The notes under the pieces are model-generated. The model searched no databases. It was not told the DNA's origin and saw only the letters and a list, made by a program, of their open reading frames with translations. The position numbers and the translations under genes are program-made. Below are positions 1-12,402 of a DNA stretch of 37,799 bases, piece after piece. The first letter of the stretch is position 1, and each line of letters opens with the position of its first letter. The stretch is from positions 1-37,799 of the forward strand of contig JAUCBJ010008399.1 of assembly GCA_032718475.1 (NCBI GenBank), given 5' to 3'. The stretch is from Nemertoderma westbladi. Its lineage: Eukaryota; Animalia; Xenacoelomorpha.

Positions 1-980
1 TATATAGAAATAAGATAATAGGCCTATCGTAAATACCGGTATATCAATTATTTTAGAATAATTGAATTTCTGAACTTTAGGGTTACTTGGTTACTTTAAC
101 TTACTTTATTACCGTTATTTAAGCAGCAATCCAACTGATATTAAGACCTAATGGTTTTATGGTAGGCCTACTATTTATAAATCGCTAGATTTGATTTATA
201 ATGTATTTATACCCGTTTTAATGGGTTTAGTCAATGTTTGAAATAAATGTTATTATTTCTGGGGTAATCACTACACAAAGCTGTGCGCTTTTAGTGAAGT
301 GTTACGTATAGGACACTAAAACAAATAATTCTAATTTACCTAAGTTACTTAATACTACAAATTACGTACAATTCGGGTGAGATTACAATCTCTAAATAAA
401 CTCAAAAATTTACAAAAAAACACAAAATACGAATTTTTAGGGTAATTTTACAAGAAGTCTACAAACCAGCCTAACAAAGGGTTAGATAACCGGTTATTAC
501 AACGGACAGGGTACTACGGTATTTGAAATAATAAGTAGTAGTAAATACACTGCGTTGTCTAGATAGGAAAATACCACCGCCTGACGACCTATAGCCGTAT
601 CGCTATAGGTTCTACGTTATGTATCACGGAGTGTTCCTACCTAGAAGTTAATAGAGCTAATCGAATGTGCCTATCAACCACTTTACAACACAGATATAAT
701 GTCTACAATAATTACTTCGGAAAGTACTGTACACTAAACCCTAAATTAGGTACGAGTACTTGTACAACAGATAATCAGTAGTTAAATATACTTGAACAGC
801 CAAAAGAACCACGGCATCTGCTGGAGTGACCGATGCACAAAATCACCAGTCTTTACCTACGCCGAGCAGCCCGTGTAGTACCGGGGTTAATTTAACTATA
901 GCGGTATGTATAACAAACACAATTATTGTAGGAACAAACTTGGGGAATGAATGTTGCGAATAATCGCATAAACTCTGAAT

Positions 981-1555
981 AATAAATATTACGCTACGCG
1001 TACAAACCACTCAAACAAAATGCAGACCAAACACTGACAGACTACTATCAAGCCTAAACAAACTACGGTATATGCAGACTCCGAAATGATTAGGGAGTAT
1101 GCGCTCTAACCCAGTAGTGCGACTTATTCTTTAGTTGGGGGTTTACCTTACAGCGTTCGCTGCCCCTACTGCCTAACCGTACTTAATCGGACAGATGATC
1201 TACACACGCGGCAATCCGTTCAGACCTAATAACAGCCAGTCAACTATCCAGCCTACAAATTATCTAAATAAAATTATACGCTACCCGTACAGACTTACAC
1301 AAACAAAGTACAGACCAAACGATGGCAGACTACTCTCAAGCCTAAATAAACTGCAGGACATGCAGACTCCGAAATGATTAGGGAGTATGCGCTCTAACCC
1401 AGTAGTGCGACTTATTCTTTAGTTGGGGGTTTACCTTACAGCGTTCGCTGCCCCTACTTCCTAACCGTACTTAATCGGACAGGTGATCTACACACACTGC
1501 AATCCGTTCAGACTTAACAGCAATCAGACAACAGCTCAGCCTACAAATTGTCTGT
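981..1555. repeat. Two-copy tandem duplication, period 288 bp, with a near-identical ~123-nt core
   Basis: Core 1072-1194 matches 1360-1482 except for one substitution (tactgcc/tacttcc). The flanks (cagaccaaac at 1023 and 1311) align but are visibly diverged. Confidence 0.9.
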
Positions 1556-2983
1556 ACAATCTGATCAGGCTTACACGCCTTCTGTTCAATACTGGCCTAC
1601 AAACAAATAAAACTTGACAGAAATAAGTAAAAATCTCAATAAAAAACCAGGGCGGGCCCTCCCTGATTAATTATTAAGGCCTACCGGTATATAATTATCA
1701 AAATCGAATAATACTGCTGTACCTGTACTGCTGTAGGTACCGGTCCGGGTGGTTAGGTAGTCAGGCCTACTGGGTACCGGTTGCCGGTACTTCAGCTTTA
1801 TTGCCTACTGCAATACAGAAGCTATATCCTTTAATGTTCGCGCTTTCAGACCTTTGGCAGTTTAACCCGCCAAATTAAGATGTCTTCTAGATATTAAATC
1901 GCTTTTTAGCCTATGACAAGTATTTGATTCACTACACTAGTCGAAACCAATCCGTGCGCGACCATTCACCCGCTGGATATTCCCGGGAGATTGGGTTCGA
2001 CGGTTTAATTTTATTGCTATGTAAGCCTAATGTATTATTCGACTGACAGTATTATATAATCTCTGACAATATTATTCACCTTCGGGAGTATTAACAGTTC
2101 CTTTAGGACGTGGCGCTTTATTTATATAAACAGAGTTATGACTTAAACTACTCACAACGATATGGCTTAATTATAATTAACATATATGGCGCATTCTTTA
2201 GGAAATGCTTCTTTAACAGACTCACTCGTACACAATGCTGCACAATACTGCACACTAATCTGCCAATCTTCACTGATTTTAGTCACATATAAAAGGAACA
2301 CAGACTGACTCATGTAGGGTCTACCAAATAACATTAGATTCACTTCAAACCACTTTAACATAAGTCACAATCGTTATTGATAACCTTTCTCTCTTACCTT
2401 CGGTATATCAAGAATATTGGGTTTCGGGGTTATTGATCGTTATTCCAAATATAATAATTCATCAACAAATATAATGAATAACCGACAACAAATAGCAGTA
2501 TGCAGTATTCACAGATCAATCGTGCCAGTTTGTTTTGAGTTAAGACAATCAGTCAGTCATCAGGTGCGAGTTAAATTCGAGTGATATTTACAGAGTTTAA
2601 AGTCAGTTAAAGGATATATGTCCTTGTAATTAAACCTACTAGTGTTGAGCTAAAAAGCAGAAAGCACAAAACACTATAAAGCCGTTCTTTCGTGGCTTTG
2701 AAAAACTCGTGACTACTGCTCTATACGAGTATACTAACCACTCTTATTCCACGAAGCTCCCGTTCAACACAGAGAAAGAGCAGTGAGATAGGAAATTTTC
2801 AGTTCAGTACTCTGTGATAGGTCAAAATCAAAGGCTAACTCAAATTCTATTGGGAGATACAAAAACAAGGCTATGACGCAACCTCCCTAGGCTTGTTGGC
2901 CGATTAAACAGAGCCCAGATGCCTGCGTACAGCAAATCAGCCAATAAGCTGGTAACTTGCACTATTTTTAGCTGTAGATCACT

Positions 2984-4132
2984 TTGAGAGTATTCTTAGC
3001 GACTGGGGGGGAACTGGCCAACAAGGCAAACGAATCAGTTATCCCACAAAAGCTTTTACAAGTTCCAATCCCTTCGTTGGCTGAACTTGAGGGGGAGGAA
3101 TGGTACAACGCGGCGATTACGGAAGAGGAAATATCCGCCAGTATAAACGACTCCAAGAATAACAAAGCTTCGGGTGTAGATAGAATATTCTACGATCATC
3201 TCAAGTTAACCAAACCATTTATAATAACAATTCTCTGTCTATTATACAATGCCTGTCTCGATATCGGTAAACTACCGCAAATCTGGAAACAGTGTATAAT
3301 AATGATCATCTACAAAGGTAAAGGGGCATTCTCAAACCCAGATAATTATCGCGGCATTGCACTCATCTCCGTGTTACTGAAAACTCTCACTTCAATCGTA
3401 AACAAACGCGTCCGACGCTTTACGTCTCACCGGATACCTAGGGAACAATACGGTTTCATGCCAGGCAGATCTACATTACAGGCACTAAACGCACTTATAT
3501 CCGATATCAATTTGGCTTTGCAATCCAATCTGTCATCACAACGGAAAATGTATGTCGCTTTTGTAGACTTTAGAAACGCATTCGACTTTGTCAACAGAGC
3601 TGTTTTATTAAATAAGATATATGGATTCGGGATTAAAGGAAAATTATTTGTTCTGATAAAAGATTTACTCCAAAATTACATTCAGGTGTACGACGGCCTT
3701 CGTCTATCGAACCTAATCGAGCAACTCCGCGGAATTCTGCAGGGCGACTGCTTCTCTCCTCCATGTTTTAATTTCTTTATCGCCGACCTAGCTATAGCAC
3801 TACGACAAGGATGTGCGATTCTAAAGTTTCTATTTTTTGCTGACGATCTCGCTTTCTACTCTTCCGATAGGAATGAAATACAACGCGGCCTAGACATTCT
3901 CCTCGACTGGTGTACTCGTAACGGAATGGAAGTCAACCTCGACCAAACTAAAATTTTAAAATTCCGCAAAGGGGGTCGTCTCGCTACTACCGACACTTTT
4001 AGCTACAATGGAAATAACGTCACCATCTGTAACAATTACGAATACCTAGGACTCACGCTTCAGCCATCACTTTGTTTCTCGCAGCACATTAAAAAGAAGA
4101 AGAAAAAAGCTTATGCAACAATAGGGTCTATA
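2984..4132 (+). pseudogene. Reverse transcriptase domain, N-terminal part of the disrupted ORF
   Basis: RT motifs up to ...AYATIGSI. Residues after 4132 in the ORF track are read-through into the inserted element. A probable frameshift at the G7 run near 3005 links to an upstream VDHFESIL segment. Confidence 0.9.
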
Positions 4133-6915
4133 TTAATTAATGTTGTATATTCATACATAATATATCATATATATATATTAGTACCGCACAGTAATGTAAT
4201 GTAAATCTAAATTTTAGTAATGTAAAGTAAATTTAAGTAATTAACTAATATGTAAGTAGCACAAAAAAAAACAAGGAAAAACACAAATAAGTATTGAGAC
4301 ACTAGAAAATATCTAGAACGACGATACATATTTCAAAATTTCAATTAGTTCTTCAGATGAGAAATCTGGTACTGTAGTCTCTTCGAAATAGCAATCAATA
4401 ATTTCTTTACACAATTTAACTCGCCAGTAACTATCAGGTGGAGAAGGCACATATCGTAAATTAGAAAGGTCATCTACTGATATTTTACGTAGATCATTTA
4501 TACCACACTCGTTCCCTATGTTACGCTAGTTCGCACCACTACATCTACAATCATAAAATACTAAATTTGCCAGAAAACTTATACACAATTTATCAGAAGT
4601 CAAAACACTAGTTGCAAATTTAACTAAACGTTTACTGAGCATAACCTTAGGGTGGGGAAAATTAACAATATCTTCTACTATGAACCTATGGCTGTTATAC
4701 GGCAGATGATAAATGTAGCGCACATTCGTATTCCAAGCGGTGTATATTCTACGGCATTCATCAGAAGCCAAATCCCAAACTGGGCTTCCATAAAAACTTG
4801 TCGCATAAATACGTTGAATGTTAGACAAGCACCGCGGGTGAGCGAATGAAAATTCCTGCCTTAAATTTGCCAATTTTCCTATAAATGCACCTCTCTTACG
4901 CTGTATATCTATATTGACACTACACGTAAAATTAAGCAGAATTCCTAAATGTAGCCCTTTCTCAACCCATGGTAGTGTAACGTTATTTACTGAAATATTC
5001 ACACTAGGCGGCTTCCATGTGTTCTGGAACGGGATACATTTAGTTTTACTTTTTTTCGGATCAATATCAGTACTAATCTGTAATTTATACTCTTTACAAA
5101 AATCTTTGCAAATATTAATCATGTATTGTAGGCCAATTACGGACGGGCACAATAGAAACATATCGTCCGCAAAGGACGGACAACCATAAAACTGAGCACC
5201 AATATAACAACCTATTTTTGCCTGTCTGAGCCGTGAAATCAGCACATTTAAAACAACACAGAACAGGACCGGTGAAATAACCGACCCTTGCCTAACTCCA
5301 TTAGAAATAACCGACCCTTGCCTAACTCCATTAGTAATAGAAAAATCAAATGACAAAACGTTATTCCATCTCACTGCACACATTTGTGTTCTATAAATAA
5401 ACAACAAACACCTAAGATATAAGGGAGAAAAACCTTTTTTGATCAGCTCAAGGAAAAGCTTTCTCCATTCAACCAAATCAAAAGCTTTGGTGAAGTCCAA
5501 CAAGCAACCATAGACTGGTGTTGACTTTCGCATATAGTAATTAATGACCTCCGTTGCTGTCCACGAGCACATTACTGTGCTCGATTTCTCACGGAAACCA
5601 AACTGCAGGTGGTCTAAATCCAGTTTTTCTCCCTCAGATATCAGCAGCACCCACTCAAATACTTTAAGTAACAATGAAGCTATTGCGATGGCCCTATAAT
5701 TAGTAATAGCTGTAATATCTCCTAAATTGTTTTTCACAATAGGTACCATGGATATTGACAATCAACATTTCGAAATAACACCGTGTACCAGAAAAGCATT
5801 GAACAGTTTTGCTATTAATGTTTCTAATGCAGGTCCGCCATAAATCAAACAGCCTGAATCAAATCCATATATAACGTCACTTTTACCACTCTTTAAATGC
5901 TGCAAAGCAGTGTGTATGGTTTCCATGGTAACTGGCTCAAAACTATCAATATTAAAATTTGCTATACACTCATTTAATTTACTATTTATATCATTGACAC
6001 TACCTGAATTAGGCTCTTGGTTATATAGCACTTTATAAATATCAGCAAATTTATTAGCAATTTCCTGTGAATCCGTTAAACCTTCGATTGAAGTACTTTG
6101 CACGACAGATGAACCTCGCAAATTTCTAATCTCATCAAAAATATTTATATTACCAGAAAGGGACGCATTTAATAGCCTATCTCTTTTCAATGTATCAATA
6201 TTACGTTTAACACGTCGTACTGCATATTTATATTGAGCCCGGCTACTCTGTCTCATGAAAAATAGGTTACTTTGTGAGCAATTTGGTCTCCCCGCAGCAC
6301 ACCACACTGAGTGCCAAAATATGGCTTCATCTTTAAAGGGCTTAACTTGACTATTCCATCCAGGGATAATTTCAGTTCTTATTGGGGTCTCACTTTCCGG
6401 ACCCCCTGACTTAGGGAGGCAGTGTGCTGCTGAGTCAACCGCGTCCAATATATTCAAAGCGAATTTTTCTAAACCCATACGATGTTCAGGTAAACTACAA
6501 TTAATATCAGTACAATTTACTATTCCATACGGTAAATTGCAGTTTTCTAACAATAAATTTAAATCATTACTAAATTGAGACCGTTGCTCATCAGAAGCTC
6601 TACCAAAATTAAATCGAATTGGCTTCGATGTGTTTTGCACAGTCAAGTCCAATGCACTAATAGGTATTTTAAAATAAATAGGAGAATGTCCTGAAAGGTT
6701 ATTACCCAAATGAATTACATCTGATTCAAAATTTCCCTGAGACAACCGGTCGCTAAGAATAAAATGGTCTAACGTAGATTTATAAACAACACCATTGGCA
6801 TGAGACATATATGTATAATCGATCGGTTGTATATCCCACAGCACGTTAAACAATTTAGATTCAATAAACTCTCTAATTAGTTAAATCACAATTTAAATCA
6901 CCACCAAGCAGTACA
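4133..6915 (-). mobile_element. 5'-truncated APE-RT LINE (Proto2-like), inactivated, flanked by TCTATA target-site duplication
   Basis: Begins inside the APE domain (VLLGGDLNCD just below 6915, then TLDHFILS and NLSGHSPI). RT motifs NYRAIA, LDFTKAFD, GVRQG, FADD. Premature stops at 5762-5764 and 4526-4528, with the frame continuing to a probable true stop at 4313-4315. TCTATA at 4127-4132 and 6916-6921. Proto2 assignment is from recalled motif style. Confidence 0.92.
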
Positions 6916-6921
6916 TCTATA

Positions 6922-7491
6922 AAGAATCTCAAGCTATTGTCCGTTGACGCAGGTTTAAAACTATTTAAATTAAAAATTGCACCAATGGCTTTGTATGCTC
7001 TACCCGTCTACTCTCGCTTTCTAACGATATCAAATTTAAAAGATCTAGACAGAATAAAATCGACATACATAAAGCGACTTCTAGGGCTACATTTAAGTGC
7101 TTCGTCCACAATGGTGCTACACCTCGTAAACGAAAATTCGCTTATTGACGACATACTTCTAAAAGCTCCAAATCTATTCGCCCGCGACCTGATTGATCAA
7201 TATAATGCCTTTCGAACAAATCGCGAACTCAACTTCGTTACTGAGAATTATTTACTCGGTCCTGCGTTCAATTCATTTACCTGGCGACTATCCAATCAGA
7301 AGAACCGTCATGTGGTCACGAGAGCCACGTGTCACGGGGTTCACCACAAAATATGCACGAACTCACAGCCTTTCCACACACTATCAACCGATTGTATTTG
7401 CCGATTTTGCCTTCTGCCCTGCCCAGACCGTTACCACGCCTTCTCTTGCGCCCAATGCCCCACAATGGCTGATCTCGCAACAAAACTCTAA
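6922..7491 (+). pseudogene. C-terminal (thumb plus Cys/His-rich) part of the host RT ORF
   Basis: Removing the insertion and one TSD copy gives ...ATIGSI-KNLKLLSVDAGLKLFK... in frame. Ends with CHGVHHKIC and CICRFCLLPCPDRYHAFSCAQC. Confidence 0.9.
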
Positions 7492-7667
7492 CATGCTAAC
7501 CCGCTCAGGCCACACCATAAGTAGTATATTGTCCCACTCGTGCTCCTAAGTAATCAATTAATACCAATGGTGATGGGTAATAATTTGCAATTCAATTATA
7601 TTAATGTGCTAATAAATATATAATTAATATAATTGGTTACCTCGTTGGAGGTGTAAAGTGAAAAAAA

Positions 7668-7797
7668 AAATAAGAAACAGGACAATTCGAACCCAGACAA
7701 AATATATTTATATAAATTGGTCCGATTTTCCGGGTCCCAATAATTGTCCGTGTCTAATAAGAAACAGGACAATTGGACCCGGACAATTCGGACACAT
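7668..7797. repeat. Short fold-back / MITE-like remnant
   Basis: gtccgattttccgggtcccaataattgtcc is an imperfect inverse of ggacaattggacccggacaattcggac, and aataagaaacaggacaatt occurs twice. Confidence 0.6.
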
Positions 7798-8033
7798 TTT
7801 TAAAAATGTTACTTTGTCAGATTCAGGATTGCCCCTATCCCATAAAATCAGGTTTATATGCGGTGGTCGTCTTTAATTATTAAATTTGTGCTACAGTACT
7901 TGTGTATCTTGCGTGTCGCGTCGGCACATATCTATAATGCCATCCAATACGTTGTATCCTAGAAAATCCATAAGATAGTGATGATTTTTGTTTATCAAAT
8001 TTGCAAGTTGTTTTATCCGTGGCACATCAACAG

Positions 8034-11000
8034 GCCCCGCACCCCGGGTCAAGTAGGGTTAATTCCAAATTACTCCGCCCCCTGGCCAAGTAGGGTTAAT
8101 TCTAAATTACTCCTCCCCCTGGCCAAATAGGGTTAATTCCAAATTGCCCCGCACCCCGGGTCAAGTAGGGTTAATTCCAAATTACTACGCCCCCTGGCCA
8201 AGTAGGGTTAATTACAAATTACTCCGCCCCCTGGCCAAGTAGGGTTAATTCCAAATTACTCCGCCCCCTGGCCAAGTAGGGTTAATTCCAAATTACTCCG
8301 CCCCCTGGCCAAGTAGGGTTAATTCCAAATTACTCCGCCCCCAGGCCAAGTAGGGTTAATTCCAAATTACTCCGCCCCCTGGCCAAGTAGGGTTAATTCC
8401 AAATTACTCCGCCCCCTGGCCAAGTAGGGTTAATTCCAAATTACTCCGCCCCCAGGCCAAGTAGGGTTAATTCCAAATTACTCCGCCCCCAGGCCAAGTA
8501 GGGTTAATTCCAAATTACTCCGCCCCCAGGCCAAGTAGGGTTAATTCCAAATTACTCCGCCCCCTGGCCAAGTAGGGTTAATTCCAAATTGCCCCGCACC
8601 CCGGGTCAAGTAGGGTTAATTCCAAATTACTCCGCCCCCTGGCCAAGTATGGTTAATTCCAAATTACTCCGCCCCCTGGCCAAGTAGGGTTAATTCCAAA
8701 TTACTCCGCCCCCTGGCCAAGTAGGGTTAATTCCAAATTACTCCGCCCCCTGGCCAAGTAGGGTTAATTCCAAATTACTCCGCCCCCTGGCCAAGTAGGG
8801 TTAATTCCAAATTACTCCGCCCCCCTGCCAAGTAGGGTTAATTCCAAATTACTCCGCCCCCTGGCCAAGTAGGGTTAATTCCAAATTACTCCGCCCCCTG
8901 GCCAAGTAGGGTTAATTCCAAATCGCCCCGCACCCCGGGTCAAGTAGGGTTAATTCCAAATTACTACGCCCCCTGGCCAAGTAGGGTTAATTCCAAATTA
9001 CTCCGCCCCCTGGCCAAGTAGGGTTAATTCCAAATTACTCCGCCCCCTGGCCAAGTAGGGTTAATTCCAAATTACTCCGCCCCCTGGCCAAGTAGGGTTT
9101 ATTCCAAATTACTCCGCCCCCTGGCCAAGTAGGGTTAATTCCAAATTACTCCGCCCCCTGGCCAAGTAGGGTTAATTCCAAATTACTCCGCCCCCTGGCC
9201 AAGTAGGGTTAATTCCAAATTACTCCGCCCCCTGGCCAAGTAGGGTTAATTCCAAATTGCCCCGCACCCCGGGTCAAGTAGGGTTAATTCCAAATTACTC
9301 AGCCCCCTGGCCAAGTATGGTTAATTCCAAATTTCTCCGCCCCCGAGCCAAGTAGGGTTAATTCCAAATTACTCCGCCCCTTGGCCAAGTAGGGTTAATT
9401 CCAAATTGCCCCGCACCCCGGGTCAAGTAGGGTTAATTACAAATTACTCCGCCCCCTGGCCAAGTAGGGTTGATTCCAAATTACTCCGCCCCCTGGCCAA
9501 GTAGGGTTAATTCCAAATTGCCCCGCACCCCGGGTCAAGTAGGGTTAATTACAAATTACTCCGCCCCCTGGCCAAGTAGGGTTAATTCCAAATTACTCCG
9601 CCCCCTGGCCAAGTAGGGTTAATTCCAAATTGCCCCGCACCCCGGGTCAAGTAGGGTTAATTCCAAATTACTCAGCCCCCTGGCCAAGTATGGTTAATTC
9701 CAAATTTCTCCGCCCCCTGGCCAAGTAGGGTAAATTCCAAATTACTCCGCCCCTTGGCCAAGTAGGGTTAATTCCAAATTGCCCCGCACCCCGGGTCAAG
9801 TAGGGTTAATTACAAATTACTCCGCCCCCTGGCCAAGTAGGGTTGATTCCAAATTACTCCGCCCCCTGGCCAAGTAGGGTTAATTCCAAATTGCCCCGCA
9901 CCCCGGGTCAAGTAGGGTTAATTACAAATTACTCCGCCCCCTGGCCAAGTAGGGTTGATTCCAAATTACTCCGCCCCCTGGCCAAGTAGGGTTAATTCCA
10001 AATTACTCCGCCCCCTGGCCAAGTAGGGTTTATTCCAAATTACTCCGCCCCCTGGCCAAGTAGGGTTAATTCCAAATTACTCCGCCCCCTGGCCAAGTAG
10101 GGTTAATTTCAAATTACTCCGCCCCCTGGCCAAGTAGGGTTTATTCCAAATTACTCCGCCCCCTGGCCAAGTAGGGTTAATTCCAAATTACTCCGCCCCC
10201 TGGCCAAGTAGGGTTAATTCCAAATTGCCCCGCACCCCGGGTCAAGTAGGGTTAATTCCAAATTACTCAGCCCCCTGGCCAAGTATGGTTAATTCCAAAT
10301 TACTCCGCCCCCTGGCCAAGTAGGGTTAATTCCAAATTACTCCGCCCCCTGGCCAAGTAGGGTTAATTCCAAATTGCCCCGCACCCCGGGTCAAATAGGG
10401 TTAATTCCAAATTACTCCGCCCCCTGGCCAAGTAGGGTTAATTCCAAATTGCCCCGCACCCCGGGTCAAGTAGGGTTAATTCCAAATTACTCAGCCCCCT
10501 GGCCAAGTATGGTTAATTCCAAATTACTCCGCCCCCTGGCCAAGTAGGGTTAATTCCAAATTACTCCGCCCCCTGGCCAAGTAGGGTTAATTCCAAATTG
10601 CCCCGCACCCCGGGTCAAGTAGGGTTAATTCCAAATTACTCAGCCCCCTGGCCAAGTATGGTTAATTCCAAATTACTCCGCCCCCTGGCCAAGTAGGGTT
10701 AATTCCAAATTTATCCGCCCCCTGGCCAAGTAGGGTAAATTCCAAGTTACTCCGCCCCTTGGCCAAGTAGGGTTAATTCCAAATTGCCCCGCACCCCGGG
10801 TCAAGTAGGGTTAATTACAAATTACTCCGCCCCCTGGCCAAGTAGGGTTGATTCCAAATTACTCCGCCCCCTGGCCAAGTAGGGTTAATTCCAAATTGCC
10901 CCGCACCCCGGGTCAAGTAGGGTTAATTACAAATTACTCCGCCCCCTGGCCAAGTAGGGTTGATTCCAAATTACTCCGCCCCCTGGCCAAGCAGGGTTAA

Positions 11001-11718
11001 TTCCAAATTACTCCGCCCCCTGGCCAAGTAGGGTTTATTCCAAATTACTCCGCCCCCTGGCCAAGTAGGGTTAATTCCAAATTACTCCGCCCCCTGGCCA
11101 AGTAGGGTTAATTCCAAATTACTCCGCCCCCTGGCCAAGTAGGGTTTATTCCAAATTACTCCGCCCCCTGGCCAAGTAGGGTTAATTCCAAATTACTCCG
11201 CCCCCTGGCCAAGTAGGGTTAATTCCAAATTGCCCCGCACCCCGGGTCAAGTAGGGTTAATTCCAAATTACTCAGCCCCCTGGCCAAGTATGGTTAATTC
11301 CAAATTACTCCGCCCCCTGGCCAAGTAGGGTTAATTCCAAATTACTCCGCCCCCTGGCCAAGTAGGGTTAATTCCAAATTGCCCCGCACCCCGGGTCAAA
11401 TAGGGTTAATTCCAAATTACTCCGCCCCCTGGCCAAGTAGGGTTAATTCCAAATTGCCCCGCACCCCGGGTCAAGTAGGGTTAATTCCAAATTACTCAGC
11501 CCCCTGGCCAAGTATGGTTAATTCCAAATTACTCCGCCCCCTGGCCAAGTAGGGTTAATTCCAAATTACTCCGCCCCCTGGCCAAGTAGGGTTAATTCCA
11601 AATTGCCCCGCACCCCGGGTCAAGTAGGGTTAATTCCAAATTACTCAGCCCCCTGGCCAAGTATGGTTAATTCCAAATTACGCCGCCCCCTGGCCAAGTA
11701 GGGTTAATTCCAAATTAC
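8034..11718. repeat. 37/38-bp minisatellite, ~99 copies
   Basis: Unit ccaagtagggttaattccaaattactccgccccctgg (37 bp) interspersed with tcaagtagggttaattccaaattgccccgcaccccggg (38 bp). Ends in a poly-C run. Confidence 0.98.
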
Positions 11719-12123
11719 CCCCCCCCCCCCCCCACTCCCCAATTAAATTCAAAACCTAATTCAATTGAGAATCAAACTTCTTGAGAATCAACGGTCAGAT
11801 GTATAGGCCTACCGACATGCGGTACATGTACGTGTAGGTGTTAGTGAAGCGTCCCCCCCCCACCCCCCCTTCTTGTCTCGAAACATTATTGCTGGAGGTT
11901 GGCACCGTCATTTAACCGAAAGGTAAGTTAATTTATTACAAAGATGAGAATCAATATTATTAATTGTTAAAGATATTCAGTAAATTGGGTGTATTATAAT
12001 ATAAATTGAGATGAAATGAAACTAAACTGCAAGTCTTCAGGGATTTGTGAGTAATTTAATTTCCAAATACATTATTACTAATAAATTTAGAATAAAGACC
12101 CGCGTTGTTGTTGGGACACTGAG

Positions 12124-12402
12124 TTACTCCTGAGTCATCGCGATCAAGGAATGTTTCCCTTTTCCTTTCGATGTACCGAAGACTTCTCCCTCCTCTATGG
12201 TTTCGGGAAGGGGTTTCTTGTGAGTTTCGGGAAGGGTAATAACTGTTAGTCCAGCCGCGATGGTAATGACCCCGATAATGATGAATGGGAGGGGCTTCCA
12301 GATGACGTCACCGAGAAGCATTAGGAACGGGCAGATCACCCCGGCAACCCGCGCAACACAAGAGTTTGTACCGATTCCTATAGATCGCACTACCGTCGGA
12401 TA
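12124..12402 (-). CDS. SLC22 coding exon 8 (last)
   Basis: Acceptor tttcag, then YPTVVRSIG...LPETHKKPLPETIEEGE...TQE stop. Confidence 0.93.
   Translation of the reverse strand, partial: YPTVVRSIGIGTNSCVARVAGVICPFLMLLGDVIWKPLPFIIIGVITIAAGLTVITLPETHKKPLPETIEEGEVFGTSKGKGKHSLIAMTQE

Larger units (their letters stand above)
2972..7625 (+). mobile_element. Non-LTR retrotransposon (RT plus C-terminal Cys/His domain, RTE-X-like), interrupted by a second LINE
   Basis: ORF 2984-4132 has non-LTR RT motifs (KASGVD, NYRGIAL, QYGF, FVDFRNAFD, GILQGDCFSP, FADD, YLG). It continues in frame at 6922-7491 with CRFC-x8-H-x3-C. AATAAA near 7611 is followed by an AT-rich tail. The clade is inferred from motif style (TKILKFRKGGR). 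Confidence 0.9.

Noticed and set aside
240-400. Possible decayed APE motif (FG*DYN) or alternative genetic code upstream of the RT
   Set aside because: There are stops in all frames, it is too far from the RT, no other APE motifs are present, and the SLC22 and RT ORFs read normally with the standard code.
575-630. Hammerhead-like CTGACGA followed by a strong stem
   Set aside because: The required GAAA after stem II is absent (ttct instead).
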